Under the pieces are notes generated by a model. That model was not told where the DNA came from. It saw nothing but the letters and a program-made list of their open reading frames with translations, and did no database searches. From an uncultured Muribaculaceae bacterium (GTDB lineage Bacteria; Bacteroidota; Bacteroidia; Bacteroidales; Muribaculaceae): a stretch of DNA of 64,000 bases. A program made the position numbers and the translations under genes. The stretch spans positions 9,397-73,396 of the forward strand of contig CAZPKH010000004.1 in NCBI GenBank assembly GCA_964587165.1. Reading direction: 5' to 3'. This document shows, piece after piece, positions 46,173-56,973 of this stretch. Each line of letters starts with the position of its first letter. Positions within the stretch are counted from its first letter, which is position 1.

Positions 46173-48827
46173 TTACTGTTTGCCTAACACGGCTGCGCGC
46201 ATCGCGGCAAAGGCTTTGTCGAGACCTTCGGCATTCTTGCCACCGGCCTGAGCGAATCCGGCCTGACCGCCGCCACCGCCCTGTATCTCGCGGGCAGCCG
46301 CGCGCACTATTGCGCCGGCGTTGAGGCCGCGGGCGCTCACCAGATCGTCGGTTATCATCACAGTGAGAAGCGGTTTGTCGGATATATCTTTGGTAGCTCC
46401 GATGAACACGGTGCTCTCGGGGGAGTCGCGACGCACGGCAAAGGCAAGATTCTTCACCAGATCGGGCACGCGCACACCCTGCAGGGCGATGATGCGGAGG
46501 CCGTCGATCTCCTCTGCGTTGGCCACCATCTCGCGGCTGAGCGAGTTGATCCGCTCGGTCATGGCTTCCTGTGCCTCGTGGCGCAGGCGGTCGTTCTCCT
46601 CTATCGACTTGCGCAGGGCGGCTATCACATCGGGAGCGTTGTTGAAGAGCGCACGCACCTGCTGGAGGGTGTCGTTGACGGCATCGAATGCATCTTCGAC
46701 TTTTTCGCCGGTGATCGCCTCGATGCGACGTATGCCGGCCGCAATCGAGCTTTCGGAGATGATGTGGATCATACCGATGTTGCCGGTATTGTCGACATGC
46801 GTGCCGCCGCAGAGCTCACACGACGAGCCGTAGCGTATCACACGCACCTCGTCGCCGTACTTCTCGCCGAAGAGAGCCATAGCACCCATATTGCGGGCTT
46901 CGGCGATAGGCACGTTGCGGTGCTCGTCGCGCGCCAGAGCCTGACGCACCTTGGCGTTGGCCAGATGCTCCACACGGCGCAGCTCGTCGGGGGTGAGTTT
47001 CTGGAAGTGCGAGAAGTCGAAACGGAGCAGGTCGGCCGACACGTACGAGCCTTTCTGCTCTACGTGCGTGCCGAGCACTTCGCGGAGCGCTTCGTGGAGC
47101 AGGTGTGTGGCGGTGTGGTTGGCCGACACGGCGGCGCGGTGTGCGGTGTCGATGGCAGCGTGGACAGTGCCGCTGAGGTCGGCGGGTATTTTGGCTGCAA
47201 GATGCACGGCCATACCGTTCTCGCGCTTGGTGTCGTAGATTTCGATCACGGAGCCGTCGGCCATGGTGAGTGTGCCGCGGTCGCCCACCTGTCCGCCCAT
47301 CTCGGCGTAGAACGGGCTCTGTGCGAGCACTATCTGGTAGAACTCTTTGTTTTTCTGCTTTACGTGGCGCCAGCGGAGCACTTCGGTGTCGACCTCGGAG
47401 CAGTCGTACCCTACGAACGACGGTTCGCCCTCGCGGAGCACCACCCAGTCGGTAGCTTCGACGGCGGCCGCATTGCGTGCACGCGCTTTCTGCGAATCCA
47501 TCTCTTTCTTGAACCCTTCATGATCGAGAGTCATGCCGTTCTCTTTGAGTATCAGTTCGGTGAGGTCGAGGGGGAATCCGTAAGTATCGTAGAGCGTGAA
47601 CGCATCCTTGCCGGAGATTTCGGTCTTGCCGGCACGGCGAGTATCGGCCATCACCACATCGAGCAGGGAGATACCTTTGTCGAGGGTGCGCAGGAATGCG
47701 TCCTCCTCCTCTTTGATCACCTTGATGATGAGGTCGCGCTGAGCCGGGAGCTCGGGGTAAGCCTCGCCCATCGACTCGATCAGGGTGTCGATGAGCTGAT
47801 ACATAAACGCCTCCTTGCGGCCCAGGAAGGTATAGCCGTAGCGCACGGCGCGGCGCAGTATCCGTCGGATCACATATCCGGCCTTGGCATTGGAGGGGAG
47901 CTGGGAGTCGGCTATGGAGAATGCTATGGTGCGCACATGGTCGGCCACCACGCGCATGGCTATGTCGGCCTTCGGGTCGCTGCCGTAAGGTATGCCCGAG
48001 AGGGTGGCTATGGCCGAGATAAGGGGCGTGAATACGTCGGTATCGTAGTTGGAGGTTTTGCCCTGCAGAGCCATGCATAGACGCTCGAAACCCATGCCGG
48101 TGTCGATCACCTTGGCGGGGAGCGGCTCAAGCGAGCCGTCGGCCTTGCGGTTGTACTGCATGAACACGAGGTTCCATATCTCGATCACAAGAGGGTTGTC
48201 TTTGTTGACGAGCTCGGCACCCGACACTTTGGCACGCTCGCTGTCGGGGCGCAGGTCGATGTGTATCTCCGAGCAGGGGCCGCAGGGGCCGGTGTCGCCC
48301 ATCTCCCAGAAGTTGTCGTGCTTGTTGCCGTTGATGATATGATCTTTGGGCAGGTGCTTCTCCCAATAGCCGGCAGCCTCGTCGTCGCGACCCAGACCTT
48401 CGGAGGGTGAGCCTTCGAACACGGTGGCATACAGCCTGTCGGGATCGAGGCCGAGCACGTCGACAAGATACTCCCACGCCCAGTCGATGGCCTGCTCCTT
48501 GAAGTAGTCGCCGAACGACCAGTTGCCGAGCATCTCGAACATTGTGTGGTGGTAGGTGTCCATGCCGACCTCCTCAAGGTCGTTATGCTTACCGCTCACG
48601 CGCAGACATTTCTGTGAATCGGCCACACGGGGCGATTTGGCCACGGCATTGCCGAGTATGATGTCCTTGAACTGGTTCATACCGGCGTTGGTAAACATCA
48701 GTGTGGGATCATCCTTGATTACCATCGGAGCCGAGGGCACGATCTTGTGACCCTTAGAGCGGAAAAACTCTTTGAACGACTCGCGTATTTCCTTAGCTGT
48801 AAGCATATTCGGGTTGATTGATGACAT
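46173..48827 (-). CDS. alaS: Alanine--tRNA ligase
   Basis: 884 aa. Carries [10 protein letters not shown] and the editing-domain HTATHLLH. The true start may be ATG 48806 (MLTAKEIR). Confidence 0.95.
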   Translation of the reverse strand: MSSINPNMLTAKEIRESFKEFFRSKGHKIVPSAPMVIKDDPTLMFTNAGMNQFKDIILGNAVAKSPRVADSQKCLRVSGKHNDLEEVGMDTYHHTMFEMLGNWSFGDYFKEQAIDWAWEYLVDVLGLDPDRLYATVFEGSPSEGLGRDDEAAGYWEKHLPKDHIINGNKHDNFWEMGDTGPCGPCSEIHIDLRPDSERAKVSGAELVNKDNPLVIEIWNLVFMQYNRKADGSLEPLPAKVIDTGMGFERLCMALQGKTSNYDTDVFTPLISAIATLSGIPYGSDPKADIAMRVVADHVRTIAFSIADSQLPSNAKAGYVIRRILRRAVRYGYTFLGRKEAFMYQLIDTLIESMGEAYPELPAQRDLIIKVIKEEEDAFLRTLDKGISLLDVVMADTRRAGKTEISGKDAFTLYDTYGFPLDLTELILKENGMTLDHEGFKKEMDSQKARARNAAAVEATDWVVLREGEPSFVGYDCSEVDTEVLRWRHVKQKNKEFYQIVLAQSPFYAEMGGQVGDRGTLTMADGSVIEIYDTKRENGMAVHLAAKIPADLSGTVHAAIDTAHRAAVSANHTATHLLHEALREVLGTHVEQKGSYVSADLLRFDFSHFQKLTPDELRRVEHLANAKVRQALARDEHRNVPIAEARNMGAMALFGEKYGDEVRVIRYGSSCELCGGTHVDNTGNIGMIHIISESSIAAGIRRIEAITGEKVEDAFDAVNDTLQQVRALFNNAPDVIAALRKSIEENDRLRHEAQEAMTERINSLSREMVANAEEIDGLRIIALQGVRVPDLVKNLAFAVRRDSPESTVFIGATKDISDKPLLTVMITDDLVSARGLNAGAIVRAAAREIQGGGGGQAGFAQAGGKNAEGLDKAFAAMRAAVLGKQ

Positions 48828-48845
48828 GTTTATCTATTATGGCTA

Positions 48846-48853
48846 CAAATTTA
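48846..48853 (-). promoter_or_regulatory. -7 box TAAATTTG for alaS
   Basis: Plus-strand CAAATTTA, 19 nt upstream of ATG 48827. Confidence 0.45.
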
Positions 48854-48901
48854 CTGAATTTCTGTCAAACGTCCAATTTGCCGGGCCGAAAAGCGCCCGC
48901 G

Positions 48902-48940
48902 CAAAAGAGGCTGCACTCCCCGGGCGGGGTGTACAGCCTC
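48902..48940 (-). terminator. Terminator after rpoD
   Basis: On the minus strand GAGGCUGUACAC pairs with GUGCAGCCUC with a bulge, followed by UUUUG. Confidence 0.55.
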
Positions 48941-48974
48941 AGTTTCATTCCGATATGTTGGGCGGGGGCGACCG

Positions 48975-49835
48975 TCACTGCCCGAGGTATGTCTTGAGCA
49001 GGCGCGACCGCTGGCCTTTGAGGCGGCGGATGGCTTTCTCCTTGATCTGGCGCACACGCTCGCGCGTGAGGTCGAACTTGGCGCCGATCTCTTCGAGGGT
49101 CATCTCCTGACAGCCGATGCCAAAGAACATTTTCAGAATCTCGCGCTCGCGCTCGTGCAGCTGCTTGAGGGCGCGATCCACCTCTTTGGAGAGAGACTCC
49201 TGGTTGAGCGAGGAGTCGGCCATGGGCGAATCGTCGTTGGTCAGCACATCGAGCAGGCTGTTGTCCTCACCCTCTACGAAGGGGGCGTCGACCGAGATGT
49301 GGCGGCCGGACACCTTGAGGGTATCGGCGATTTTGTCGACGGGCACTTCCAGGCGCTCGGCAAGCTCCTCGGGCGAGGGTCGGCGCTCGTTCTCCTGCTC
49401 GAATTTGGAGAGGGCTTTCGAGATTTTGTTAAGCGAACCGACCTGGTTGAGGGGGAGGCGCACGATGCGCGATTGCTCTGCCAAAGCCTGAAGTATCGAC
49501 TGGCGGATCCACCATACGGCATACGATATGAACTTGAAGCCGCGTGTCTCGTCAAACTTCTGAGCAGCTTTGATCAGGCCGAGGTTTCCCTCGTTGATCA
49601 GGTCGGGCAACGAAAGGCCCTGATTCTGATACTGCTTGGCCACCGACACGACAAAACGGAGGTTGGCGCGTGTGAGCTTTTCAAGCGCACGCTCGTCGCC
49701 CTGGCGTATGCGTTGGGCGAGTTCTACCTCCTCCTCCACGGAGATGAGCTCTTCGCGGCCTATCTCCTGCAGGTATTTGTCGAGAGATGCACTCTCGCGA
49801 TTGGTAATCGATTTGGTGATTTTTAGTTGTCGCAT
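48975..49835 (-). CDS. rpoD: RNA polymerase primary sigma factor (Bacteroidetes sigma-A type)
   Basis: Regions 2-4 are present ([36 protein letters not shown]). Start set to the first ATG at 49835. The track uses TTG 49844. Confidence 0.92.
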   Translation of the reverse strand: MRQLKITKSITNRESASLDKYLQEIGREELISVEEEVELAQRIRQGDERALEKLTRANLRFVVSVAKQYQNQGLSLPDLINEGNLGLIKAAQKFDETRGFKFISYAVWWIRQSILQALAEQSRIVRLPLNQVGSLNKISKALSKFEQENERRPSPEELAERLEVPVDKIADTLKVSGRHISVDAPFVEGEDNSLLDVLTNDDSPMADSSLNQESLSKEVDRALKQLHEREREILKMFFGIGCQEMTLEEIGAKFDLTRERVRQIKEKAIRRLKGQRSRLLKTYLGQ

Positions 49836-49855
49836 CGTATACAAATTTAAGCACG

Positions 49856-49863
49856 CAAAGTTA
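49856..49863 (-). promoter_or_regulatory. -7 box TAACTTTG for rpoD
   Basis: Plus-strand CAAAGTTA, 21 nt upstream of ATG 49835. A second box, TAAATTTG, is at 49842-49849. Confidence 0.45.
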
Positions 49864-49924
49864 CAATTTTTCTGCGTGTTTCCGATAGTTTAAGTCTAAT
49901 ATTTTTGCACTTATAATAAGAAAC

Positions 49925-49938
49925 GCAGCTTAAGCTGC
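49925..49938 (-). terminator. Small palindromic hairpin after mdh
   Basis: GCAGC-TTAA-GCTGC with T-rich flanks on both strands. The stem is short. Confidence 0.35.
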
Positions 49939-50018
49939 TTTTATTGTACGACAAATCCGGGCGCAGCCTGCTTTGGCGCGCCCGGATTCGGATATTGTTG
50001 CGATGCTTTATGTCAGGA

Positions 50019-51020
50019 TCAGTCGATGTTGGGGTTGATCTTGTTCCAGTCGGCCACGGGGGGAAGTACGCCGAGGGCGATCACCTCGTCGCGGAGGGCG
50101 CAAAGGTGCTTGTAGCTCTCTTTGAGGGCAGCTTCCTCTTCGGGAGTGCCGTTGAGCTCTTTGTAGTGCACGCCGTCTTTTGTGATCTCGGTCTCCATAG
50201 CCATCATGATGTGGTCGAAGCCGTGAGAGTGTACGTATGTACCGGCAGGCCAAGCGAAGGGCTTGCCACCCATAGCTGCAGCGATCATCTCGATAGATAC
50301 GTAAGCGGGGCTCTGGAACGACGAACGGCCGCGGAGGGCGATGATGTTGGCACCGCCTTTTGTGACTTTCTCCTGGATCTCAGCCCACTTCTCGGTGGGG
50401 AGAGCCTCGGTGCCGATGAGCTCGATGAGGGGCTTGCCGTCGATTTTGGCGGTCGAAGCAAATACAGCCATCTGCTCGCCGTGTCCGCCGTATGTACGGC
50501 AGCCGGTGATCTTGTCGGGGCTGATCTTGAAGTATTTGGCGAGCTCTGAGCGCAGACGTGTGGAGTCGAGACCGGCGAGGGTAGCCACTTGCGAGGGTTT
50601 GAGGCCGGAGTAAAGGAGAGTGATCAGGCCGGTGATATCGGCGGGGTTGAATATCACGACTACGAATTTGGCGTCGGGGCAGTAAGCTTTGACGTTTTTA
50701 CCGAACTCCTCGGCGATGGCGGCGTTGCCTTTGAGAAGATCCTCGCGGGTCATGCCTGCCTTGCGGGCTGCGCCACCCGACGATACGATATATTTAGCAT
50801 CGGTGAGAGCCTCTTTGATGTCGGAAGTGAAGGTGATGTTGACGCCTTCGAAGCCGCAATGGAACAGCTCCTCAGCCACGCCCTCGAGTCCGGGGGCATA
50901 GGGATCGTAGAGGCAGATGTTGGGGGTGAGACCCATCATGATGGCAGTCTGAGCCATGTTAGAGCCGATCATACCGGCTGCACCGACGATAGTCAGTTTC
51001 TCGTTAGTCAAAAAGTTCAT
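50019..51020 (-). CDS. mdh: Malate dehydrogenase (LDH-like, Bacteroidales type)
   Basis: 333 aa. Carries IVGAAGMIGSNMAQTAIMMGL and SSGGAARKAGMTREDLL. Confidence 0.88.
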   Translation of the reverse strand: MNFLTNEKLTIVGAAGMIGSNMAQTAIMMGLTPNICLYDPYAPGLEGVAEELFHCGFEGVNITFTSDIKEALTDAKYIVSSGGAARKAGMTREDLLKGNAAIAEEFGKNVKAYCPDAKFVVVIFNPADITGLITLLYSGLKPSQVATLAGLDSTRLRSELAKYFKISPDKITGCRTYGGHGEQMAVFASTAKIDGKPLIELIGTEALPTEKWAEIQEKVTKGGANIIALRGRSSFQSPAYVSIEMIAAAMGGKPFAWPAGTYVHSHGFDHIMMAMETEITKDGVHYKELNGTPEEEAALKESYKHLCALRDEVIALGVLPPVADWNKINPNID

Positions 51021-51090
51021 AACTTACTGTTATATAGTTTTTAATAGTTGAATAGTTTGTTTCGGTTAACTGATGTTCCTTTAGATAATG

Positions 51091-51098
51091 CAAAGATA
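51091..51098 (-). promoter_or_regulatory. -7 box TATCTTTG for mdh
   Basis: Plus-strand CAAAGATA, about 70 nt upstream of ATG 51020. Confidence 0.4.
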
Positions 51099-51170
51099 GT
51101 ATGAAAGTCGGAATTTCCGAGACAAATTAAGGAAATTTTTCCGCAACCGCAGTTTTTTCCTCTTTCAAGG

Positions 51171-52232
51171 TCAGAGATAAGCCTGCTCGACCTGTCCGAC
51201 GAACGAGTCGTAGCTCATACATTCGTCGAAATAGCGGCGCCCGGCGGCACCGAGACGGCGGCGCAGTCCGGGGTCGTCGAGCAGTCGGGCGAGGGCGGCA
51301 GCCAGAGCATCGACATCGCCGGGAGGCACAAGCAGCCCGGTTACGCCGTCGGTGATATACTCGGGCTGGGCGCCGTTGTCGGAGGCCACCACGGCCACTC
51401 CCTGCTGCATATACTCCATGGGCGAGAGGGGGCACGCCTCGCGCACTATCGATGGAGCCACGCCGATGTCGAAGCCCGCCACAAGCTGCTGCACATCGCT
51501 GCGGAAGCCGGTGAATGTGATGCGGTCGGCTATGCCGGCCCGGGCTGCGGCTTGCTTGAGACGCTCGATATAGTCGGCCGGCTTGCAGGCTCCCACAAAT
51601 GTCATGTGCCACGGCCGGTCGGCCACCCGCGCAAGGGCTTCGATAAGCACGGCGCACCCTTTGGAGCGGCGTATGCGTCCGGTGAACCCTATCTGAACGG
51701 TATCGCCGGCGGTATCGTGACGGCTCCTGTCGGTCGGGATCGGGTGAATACTGTTGATCACGGTGACACACCGCTGCTGCGGGAATCCGGGATTCGCCCC
51801 GGTCCAGAGCCTGCGGCTGAGGTCGGACACAAAGATGATGCGGTGCAATGATGCAAGATAGCGGCGATCCCACAGCGGCGTGCGCGATGCGCGGGCGATA
51901 TGGCGCGTGAGCACTATGCGCGGCGCAGCGGCGCAGCGACGCTGTGCCCTGACGACCATCGGAAGATCGTGTATGTCGTGGATATGCACCGTATCGGCAC
52001 CGTCGATGATATGCGTCAGAGCTTTTACGGAGCGGCTGTCGAAACGACCGCCGAGTTTCAGATACGTCAGGTCCAAGTCGTGCTCGGCATCAAGCCTGCG
52101 GGTCACGGCAGCGGCAGGTCTCGCCACAAACGCCACCTTATGGCCCCGCGAGGCCATTGTCTTCCCTAAGTCGAGGGCATATTGCTCTGCCCCACCCCAA
52201 ATTTTTCCGGCGAGTATGTGTACTATCTTCAT
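51171..52232 (-). CDS. Glycosyltransferase family 4
   Basis: 353 aa. MKIVHILAGKIWGGAEQY N-terminus and a C-terminal EACPLSPMEYMQQG (E-x7-E-like) motif. Confidence 0.8.
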   Translation of the reverse strand: MKIVHILAGKIWGGAEQYALDLGKTMASRGHKVAFVARPAAAVTRRLDAEHDLDLTYLKLGGRFDSRSVKALTHIIDGADTVHIHDIHDLPMVVRAQRRCAAAPRIVLTRHIARASRTPLWDRRYLASLHRIIFVSDLSRRLWTGANPGFPQQRCVTVINSIHPIPTDRSRHDTAGDTVQIGFTGRIRRSKGCAVLIEALARVADRPWHMTFVGACKPADYIERLKQAAARAGIADRITFTGFRSDVQQLVAGFDIGVAPSIVREACPLSPMEYMQQGVAVVASDNGAQPEYITDGVTGLLVPPGDVDALAAALARLLDDPGLRRRLGAAGRRYFDECMSYDSFVGQVEQAYL

Positions 52233-54074
52233 TTACAGATGGGCCAGATGTGAGTAGAAATCGTGGAGTATGAACCGGCCGGTCTGCTCGCGTTCGCGGT
52301 CGGGAGTGCCGTCGACGGTGCGCGCGGCGATATTGTCGAAATCGGTGTACCCTCTGCTGTCGGCCACTACGAAGCCGTTGTTGTACACATGCATGGCAAA
52401 CGGCCGGGTGTAAGTGTCGGCGAGCACATCGCGTGAATATCGGAAGTGCGAATGGTCGATGCCGAGCTGGCCGAGCAGAGTGGCGGCGAGGTCGTTCTGC
52501 GACACCGGTGTGTCGATCACTCCTGAGCCCTCGACTGCACCCCCGAGCCAGAGCATCGGCACACGGGCGTGCCACTCGTGCGACAAAGGCTCGTCGGTGA
52601 GGTTGAGGCCGTGGTCGCCCACCACTATGATAAGGGTGTCGTCCCACTGCGGCATCCGGCGGAAACGGTCGATGAAGCGCCCGAAAGCATCGTCGGTATA
52701 TGCGAAGGCGTTGGCTATCTTGTTTTCGTGACGGCTGAACGGCACTTCGTACGGCTCGTGCGACGATAGGGTCTGCAGTGTCACAAACCACGGCCGGCCG
52801 GCGGCATCGATCGCGGGAATCTCGCTCAGGAGACGGTCGAACATCACATCGTCGTGCGCGCCCCAGCGGCAAGCCGGAGCCGACGAGGGGATATCGGCAC
52901 GCTCGACAATACGGTCGTGGCCGGTGGCGAGATAGTACACCTTCTTGTTCATCACCGCTAAGTTGCCGCCGTGGAAAGCAGCTGTGTGATACCCCGCCTG
53001 CTGCTTGAGGGTGCGGGGGAGTCCGGGCATGTGCTGCACCTTGTCGCTGTGGCGTATGGCCAGTGTGTCGGGCTGCCCGGGGTAGCCGCTGAATAGGGCA
53101 AGCAGAGCGCGGTCGGTGCGCTCGCCGGCGGAGTATACATTGGTGAACAGCCACCCTTGGCCCGACAATTCGTTAAGCCGCGGGGTCACGTCTTTTTTCC
53201 CCCCGAGGGGCTCCACATAGTAGCTGCCGAGACTCTCCCACATCACTACGATGATATTCGGGCGGTCGGTGCGCAGCAGCCGTCGCTGCGGTGTGCCGGC
53301 TGTCGGGATCAGGGCTTCGACGGCCGATGCGCTCTCTGCATCGGTGGCGGTATAGCGGTAGCGGCCTGCAAACTCCTCTTTCTCGCCCAACGAGGCTACG
53401 AATGAGTAGAGCGGACAGAGCGCCGCGTGGTTGTAGAACATGTTTGAGCTGTAGTAAGCCATGTTAGGCTTGTTGGGGTGGCGCTTCACACCGCGGATCA
53501 CAGCCGCAAGAGCTCCGGCCATAAGAATAAACAGAAGCGACCAAAGCAACTTCCACCACCCTCCGGCAGGCATATGCCGGGTGAGATCTGCCACACGTAT
53601 GTCGAGCCCGAAAAGTGCAAGGACACACCCTGCCAAGAGCAAAACTGCCGTCACGGCGAGCAGACCCTGCGCCGGAGTGACGCTTGCGGTAGCACCCTCG
53701 AAGGAGTGAAGATAGTTGAGCACGGATCGGTCGAGTTTCGACTTCCAGTGGCCGTAGAGAGCCGTATCAGCCAAAGCTACTATCGCGAAAATCAGGGCTA
53801 TCAGAGCATCACCCCCCCACAGCACAGGGGTGATCCACTCTCCGGGCAGAAGCACATAGACCCACAGCAGCAGGAGCACAGGGGCTGTGAGAAAGGCTGC
53901 CCCTATCAGGTCGGTGGCATATCCGTGGCGCAACACTGCCGGATACGACGACATCCCCCGCTGCTCGGCGTCGGCGTGGCGGTTAGCCCACAGAAACAGC
54001 GGCTTCTGCACAAAGGTGAACAGCCACACGCATATAGCGAAATGTATCAGCAGATATAGAACGACGGAAAGCAT
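52233..54074 (-). CDS. LTA synthase / sulfatase-family membrane transferase (paralogue 2)
   Basis: 613 aa. N-terminal multi-TM region plus a periplasmic alkaline-phosphatase-fold domain with NIIVVMWESLG and VVGDHG. Confidence 0.8.
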   Translation of the reverse strand: MLSVVLYLLIHFAICVWLFTFVQKPLFLWANRHADAEQRGMSSYPAVLRHGYATDLIGAAFLTAPVLLLLWVYVLLPGEWITPVLWGGDALIALIFAIVALADTALYGHWKSKLDRSVLNYLHSFEGATASVTPAQGLLAVTAVLLLAGCVLALFGLDIRVADLTRHMPAGGWWKLLWSLLFILMAGALAAVIRGVKRHPNKPNMAYYSSNMFYNHAALCPLYSFVASLGEKEEFAGRYRYTATDAESASAVEALIPTAGTPQRRLLRTDRPNIIVVMWESLGSYYVEPLGGKKDVTPRLNELSGQGWLFTNVYSAGERTDRALLALFSGYPGQPDTLAIRHSDKVQHMPGLPRTLKQQAGYHTAAFHGGNLAVMNKKVYYLATGHDRIVERADIPSSAPACRWGAHDDVMFDRLLSEIPAIDAAGRPWFVTLQTLSSHEPYEVPFSRHENKIANAFAYTDDAFGRFIDRFRRMPQWDDTLIIVVGDHGLNLTDEPLSHEWHARVPMLWLGGAVEGSGVIDTPVSQNDLAATLLGQLGIDHSHFRYSRDVLADTYTRPFAMHVYNNGFVVADSRGYTDFDNIAARTVDGTPDREREQTGRFILHDFYSHLAHL

Positions 54075-55897
54075 CAGAGTGAATCAATATAGGTGTACAG
54101 ACACTGAAGTATGGTGCGCGCCATCTGCTCGCGCGATTGGTCGGGGCCCCATGCCACCCGCTCGGCTATGGTGTCGAAGTCGAGCCACCCCTCGGGGGTA
54201 CGGACGGCCACACCGTTGTGGTAGCTGTGGAAGGAGAACTGGCGCGATGGGTAGTCGGCAGAAAGCACGTCGCGCGAGAAGATGAAATCGTCGTGCGGCA
54301 GGCCCATCTGCGAAAGTATGGTGGCGGCAAGATCGGTCTGCGAGGTGATGGTATCGACGCGCATCGGCCCCTTGACGGCTCCGCCGAACATCACGGCCGG
54401 TATACGCGGAAACTCGTAGTGGTTGAGCGGCAGGCCGTATTCGGAGCCGTAGTGCACGCCATGGTCGGCCACGACGACTACGAGGGTGTTGTCCCACACA
54501 GGCGATTTGCGCAGAGTCTCGACAAACTCGCCTAAGGCGCGGTCGGTGTAAGCAAAGGCAGCCGCCATGCGGTCGGTTGCCCCATCTGCCGAGGGTACAT
54601 CGAACGGCTCGTGCGACGACAGGGTCTGAAGGGTCATCATCCACGGCTGCGGGGCACGCGCTATCTCCTCGGCGAGGCGGCGGAATGTCACTTCGTCGTG
54701 CACACCCCACTTGCAGCGCGGATCGGCTGCGCTGAAAGCGCTCTCGGCTATAAGCGTGTCGTGACCGGACGCCAGATAATAGTCGGCTTTCTGTCGCACC
54801 GTCAGGTCGCCGCCGTGTATCACCGTCGTGGCATACCCTGCCTCCTTGAGCCGGCGGGGGAGCGCCGGGAGGTTGGCCAGCTTGCCGGGATATTTTCCCA
54901 CGGTGGCGTTCGGCTGCCCGGGCAGGCCGCTGAATATGCTTATCAGGCCGCGGTCGGTGAGGTAGCTTCCGCAATCCATATTTGTGAAGAGCACCCCTTC
55001 GGCGGCCAGGCGGTTGAGGTTGGGGGTGATCGTAGGATCGTCGAAAAATCTCTGCGAGAGGCTTTCCCACACAATCACTACAATGTTGGGCCGGTCGGTG
55101 GTCAGAATCTTCGCCGGTGGCGCCGACTGCCGCGGATATAGAGCGGCGAGATCTGCTTCGGCCTGCTGCTGTGGGTAGTAGCGGAAAGCGGTGGCGTACG
55201 GATTCTTCCTGTCGAGCGAGTAGATGAAAGTATAGATCGAGTTCTGAGCCGCATGGTTGAGCAGCGGCACGGAGCTGTAGAGGGCTATCGTGGGATTGTT
55301 GGGACGCATCCCGACGCCACGCACGGCCACACCCATCAGGGCAAGGAGCGCAAGCATCAGCAGATTGCCGAACGAGTAGGTGGCCCACCCTCGCTCTACC
55401 GGACCGAGATCGATCAGCGAATATACCCACGACATCCATATGAAATATAGCGCCGCTACCACAACGATAGCCGCGATGCCGCCGGCCAGATAGCGTGACG
55501 AGACACTTGCAAAAGCCCCTTTGGGCGACTTCAGAAAGACCAGCACGGATGAATCGAGCTTAAAGTGCCAGAAGTCGTACAGGGCAGTGTCGGCCACCAC
55601 GATTGCACCCACCGCAGCCGAAGCAACGGCGGTGTATATCTCAAGGAGCTGACGCGCAGGGAGGTTGAAGTTGTTGTAAAGCGCGAGAATAATCCACGGC
55701 ACGGCTGTAAGGCAGCATGCGGCGATCAGATCGGTATAGGCTCCGTGGGTGCAGGCGCTCAGAAAGTCGCTCAGGCCGAGGGGACGCGTCGCGCTGCGGC
55801 GGTTGTAGAGCATGAACAGCGGCCTCTGCACCACCATGCAGAAAAGCACGGTGGCAATCACGGATGCTATCACTGCTGCCTGAGGCGTCAGAATCAT
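54074..55897 (-). CDS. LTA synthase / sulfatase-family membrane transferase (paralogue 1)
   Basis: 607 aa with the same architecture (NIVVIVWESLS, VVADHG). TGATG 1-nt overlap with paralogue 2. Confidence 0.8.
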   Translation of the reverse strand: MILTPQAAVIASVIATVLFCMVVQRPLFMLYNRRSATRPLGLSDFLSACTHGAYTDLIAACCLTAVPWIILALYNNFNLPARQLLEIYTAVASAAVGAIVVADTALYDFWHFKLDSSVLVFLKSPKGAFASVSSRYLAGGIAAIVVVAALYFIWMSWVYSLIDLGPVERGWATYSFGNLLMLALLALMGVAVRGVGMRPNNPTIALYSSVPLLNHAAQNSIYTFIYSLDRKNPYATAFRYYPQQQAEADLAALYPRQSAPPAKILTTDRPNIVVIVWESLSQRFFDDPTITPNLNRLAAEGVLFTNMDCGSYLTDRGLISIFSGLPGQPNATVGKYPGKLANLPALPRRLKEAGYATTVIHGGDLTVRQKADYYLASGHDTLIAESAFSAADPRCKWGVHDEVTFRRLAEEIARAPQPWMMTLQTLSSHEPFDVPSADGATDRMAAAFAYTDRALGEFVETLRKSPVWDNTLVVVVADHGVHYGSEYGLPLNHYEFPRIPAVMFGGAVKGPMRVDTITSQTDLAATILSQMGLPHDDFIFSRDVLSADYPSRQFSFHSYHNGVAVRTPEGWLDFDTIAERVAWGPDQSREQMARTILQCLYTYIDSL

Positions 55898-56919
55898 TGG
55901 TGGAGGATGGAAATGATGCGGTCAACTACACTCTGCGGGGTAATGCCGCGCATGCACTCCATGGTGCCCCTCGGGCAACCGGGCGAACCGGCTATAGAGC
56001 AAGGCTGGCAGTCGATATTGAGGCAAATGCCAAGGTCGTGAGGCTGTCCGTAGGGCTGGAATCCGCAGCGCGGCACCGTGCTGCCCCAGATAGTGATGAC
56101 CGGTGTGCCGACAAGCGATGCCAGATGCTGATTGGCCGAATCCATACTCACCATCACTGCAAGCGCACTCATGGCGGCGAGCTCCTGATCAAGGGTATAC
56201 TTCCCGGCCAGGGAGACTACACCGGGATAGCGTTCGGCCCACTGTTGCAGTTGTCCGGCCTCGCTGCCGCGTGCACCAAAGAGGTATACGGGGATACCGC
56301 GGCCGGAGAGCGAAGCCACCACCTGCTCCATCAGCTCCGGGGGGTAAGTCTTGTTGAGATAGCGTGCAAACGGCGCGATGCCGACGGCACCCTGCGGTAT
56401 GTCGACAGGCGGATGCGGCTTGACGACCTCCCGGCCACTTGCATATATCGATACGAAATCGAGCTTCACCGGGTAGCCGAGGCGGCTGAACACGTCGGCA
56501 TACCGCTCAATATAGGGCCATTCAGGCTCAAAGCGGCCTTTGAGCAGGCGGCGACGCTTGGAGCGCTGCTTGTCGACCATAGCCACCGGCACCCCGTGAA
56601 GCCGCATCCAGGCATCTATCTCCCATGAGCGGATCACGTTGTGGAGGTCGGCCACGGCGTCGTAATGCCTTGACGACAACTCTTTAAGCAGACGCAACGT
56701 GCCGCCGGCGCCTTTATATCGGCCTTTGAAATCGGCCTCCACCACATGCAGATTTGACGGAGCATTGATGAGCAGCTTTGCAAAGAACGGGCGCGTAAGC
56801 AGGTCGATATGCAGCTGCGGGTATTGCCGTGCCAGCGCGTAGAGCACCGTCAGGGTCATGGCGACATCGCCCAGTGCCGACAGTCGTATGGCGAGTATGC
56901 GCTTTGTGGTGTGGGGCAT
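55894..56919 (-). CDS. Glycosyltransferase family 9 (heptosyltransferase-like)
   Basis: 341 aa. ILAIRLSALGDVAMTL N-terminus and VSMDSANQHLAS. Confidence 0.8.
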   Translation of the reverse strand: MPHTTKRILAIRLSALGDVAMTLTVLYALARQYPQLHIDLLTRPFFAKLLINAPSNLHVVEADFKGRYKGAGGTLRLLKELSSRHYDAVADLHNVIRSWEIDAWMRLHGVPVAMVDKQRSKRRRLLKGRFEPEWPYIERYADVFSRLGYPVKLDFVSIYASGREVVKPHPPVDIPQGAVGIAPFARYLNKTYPPELMEQVVASLSGRGIPVYLFGARGSEAGQLQQWAERYPGVVSLAGKYTLDQELAAMSALAVMVSMDSANQHLASLVGTPVITIWGSTVPRCGFQPYGQPHDLGICLNIDCQPCSIAGSPGCPRGTMECMRGITPQSVVDRIISILHQ

Positions 56920-56973
56920 CGTATCAGAGATTAATTTGCGACTCAGAAAATAACATTTATTATGGGGCAGGCT

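Noticed and set aside
46578-48080. 500-aa ORF antisense to alaS
   Set aside because: Same reasoning: it sits inside the alaS CDS on the opposite strand, with no recognisable motifs.
52138-53154. 338-aa Arg/Pro-rich ORF overlapping the LtaS-like gene in another frame
   Set aside because: The extreme Arg/Pro/His composition is a hallmark of an out-of-frame reading of GC-rich coding DNA. The in-frame sulfatase-family CDS explains the region.
54084-55439. 451-aa Arg-rich ORF overlapping LtaS-like paralogue 1
   Set aside because: It is the same kind of alternate-frame artefact.
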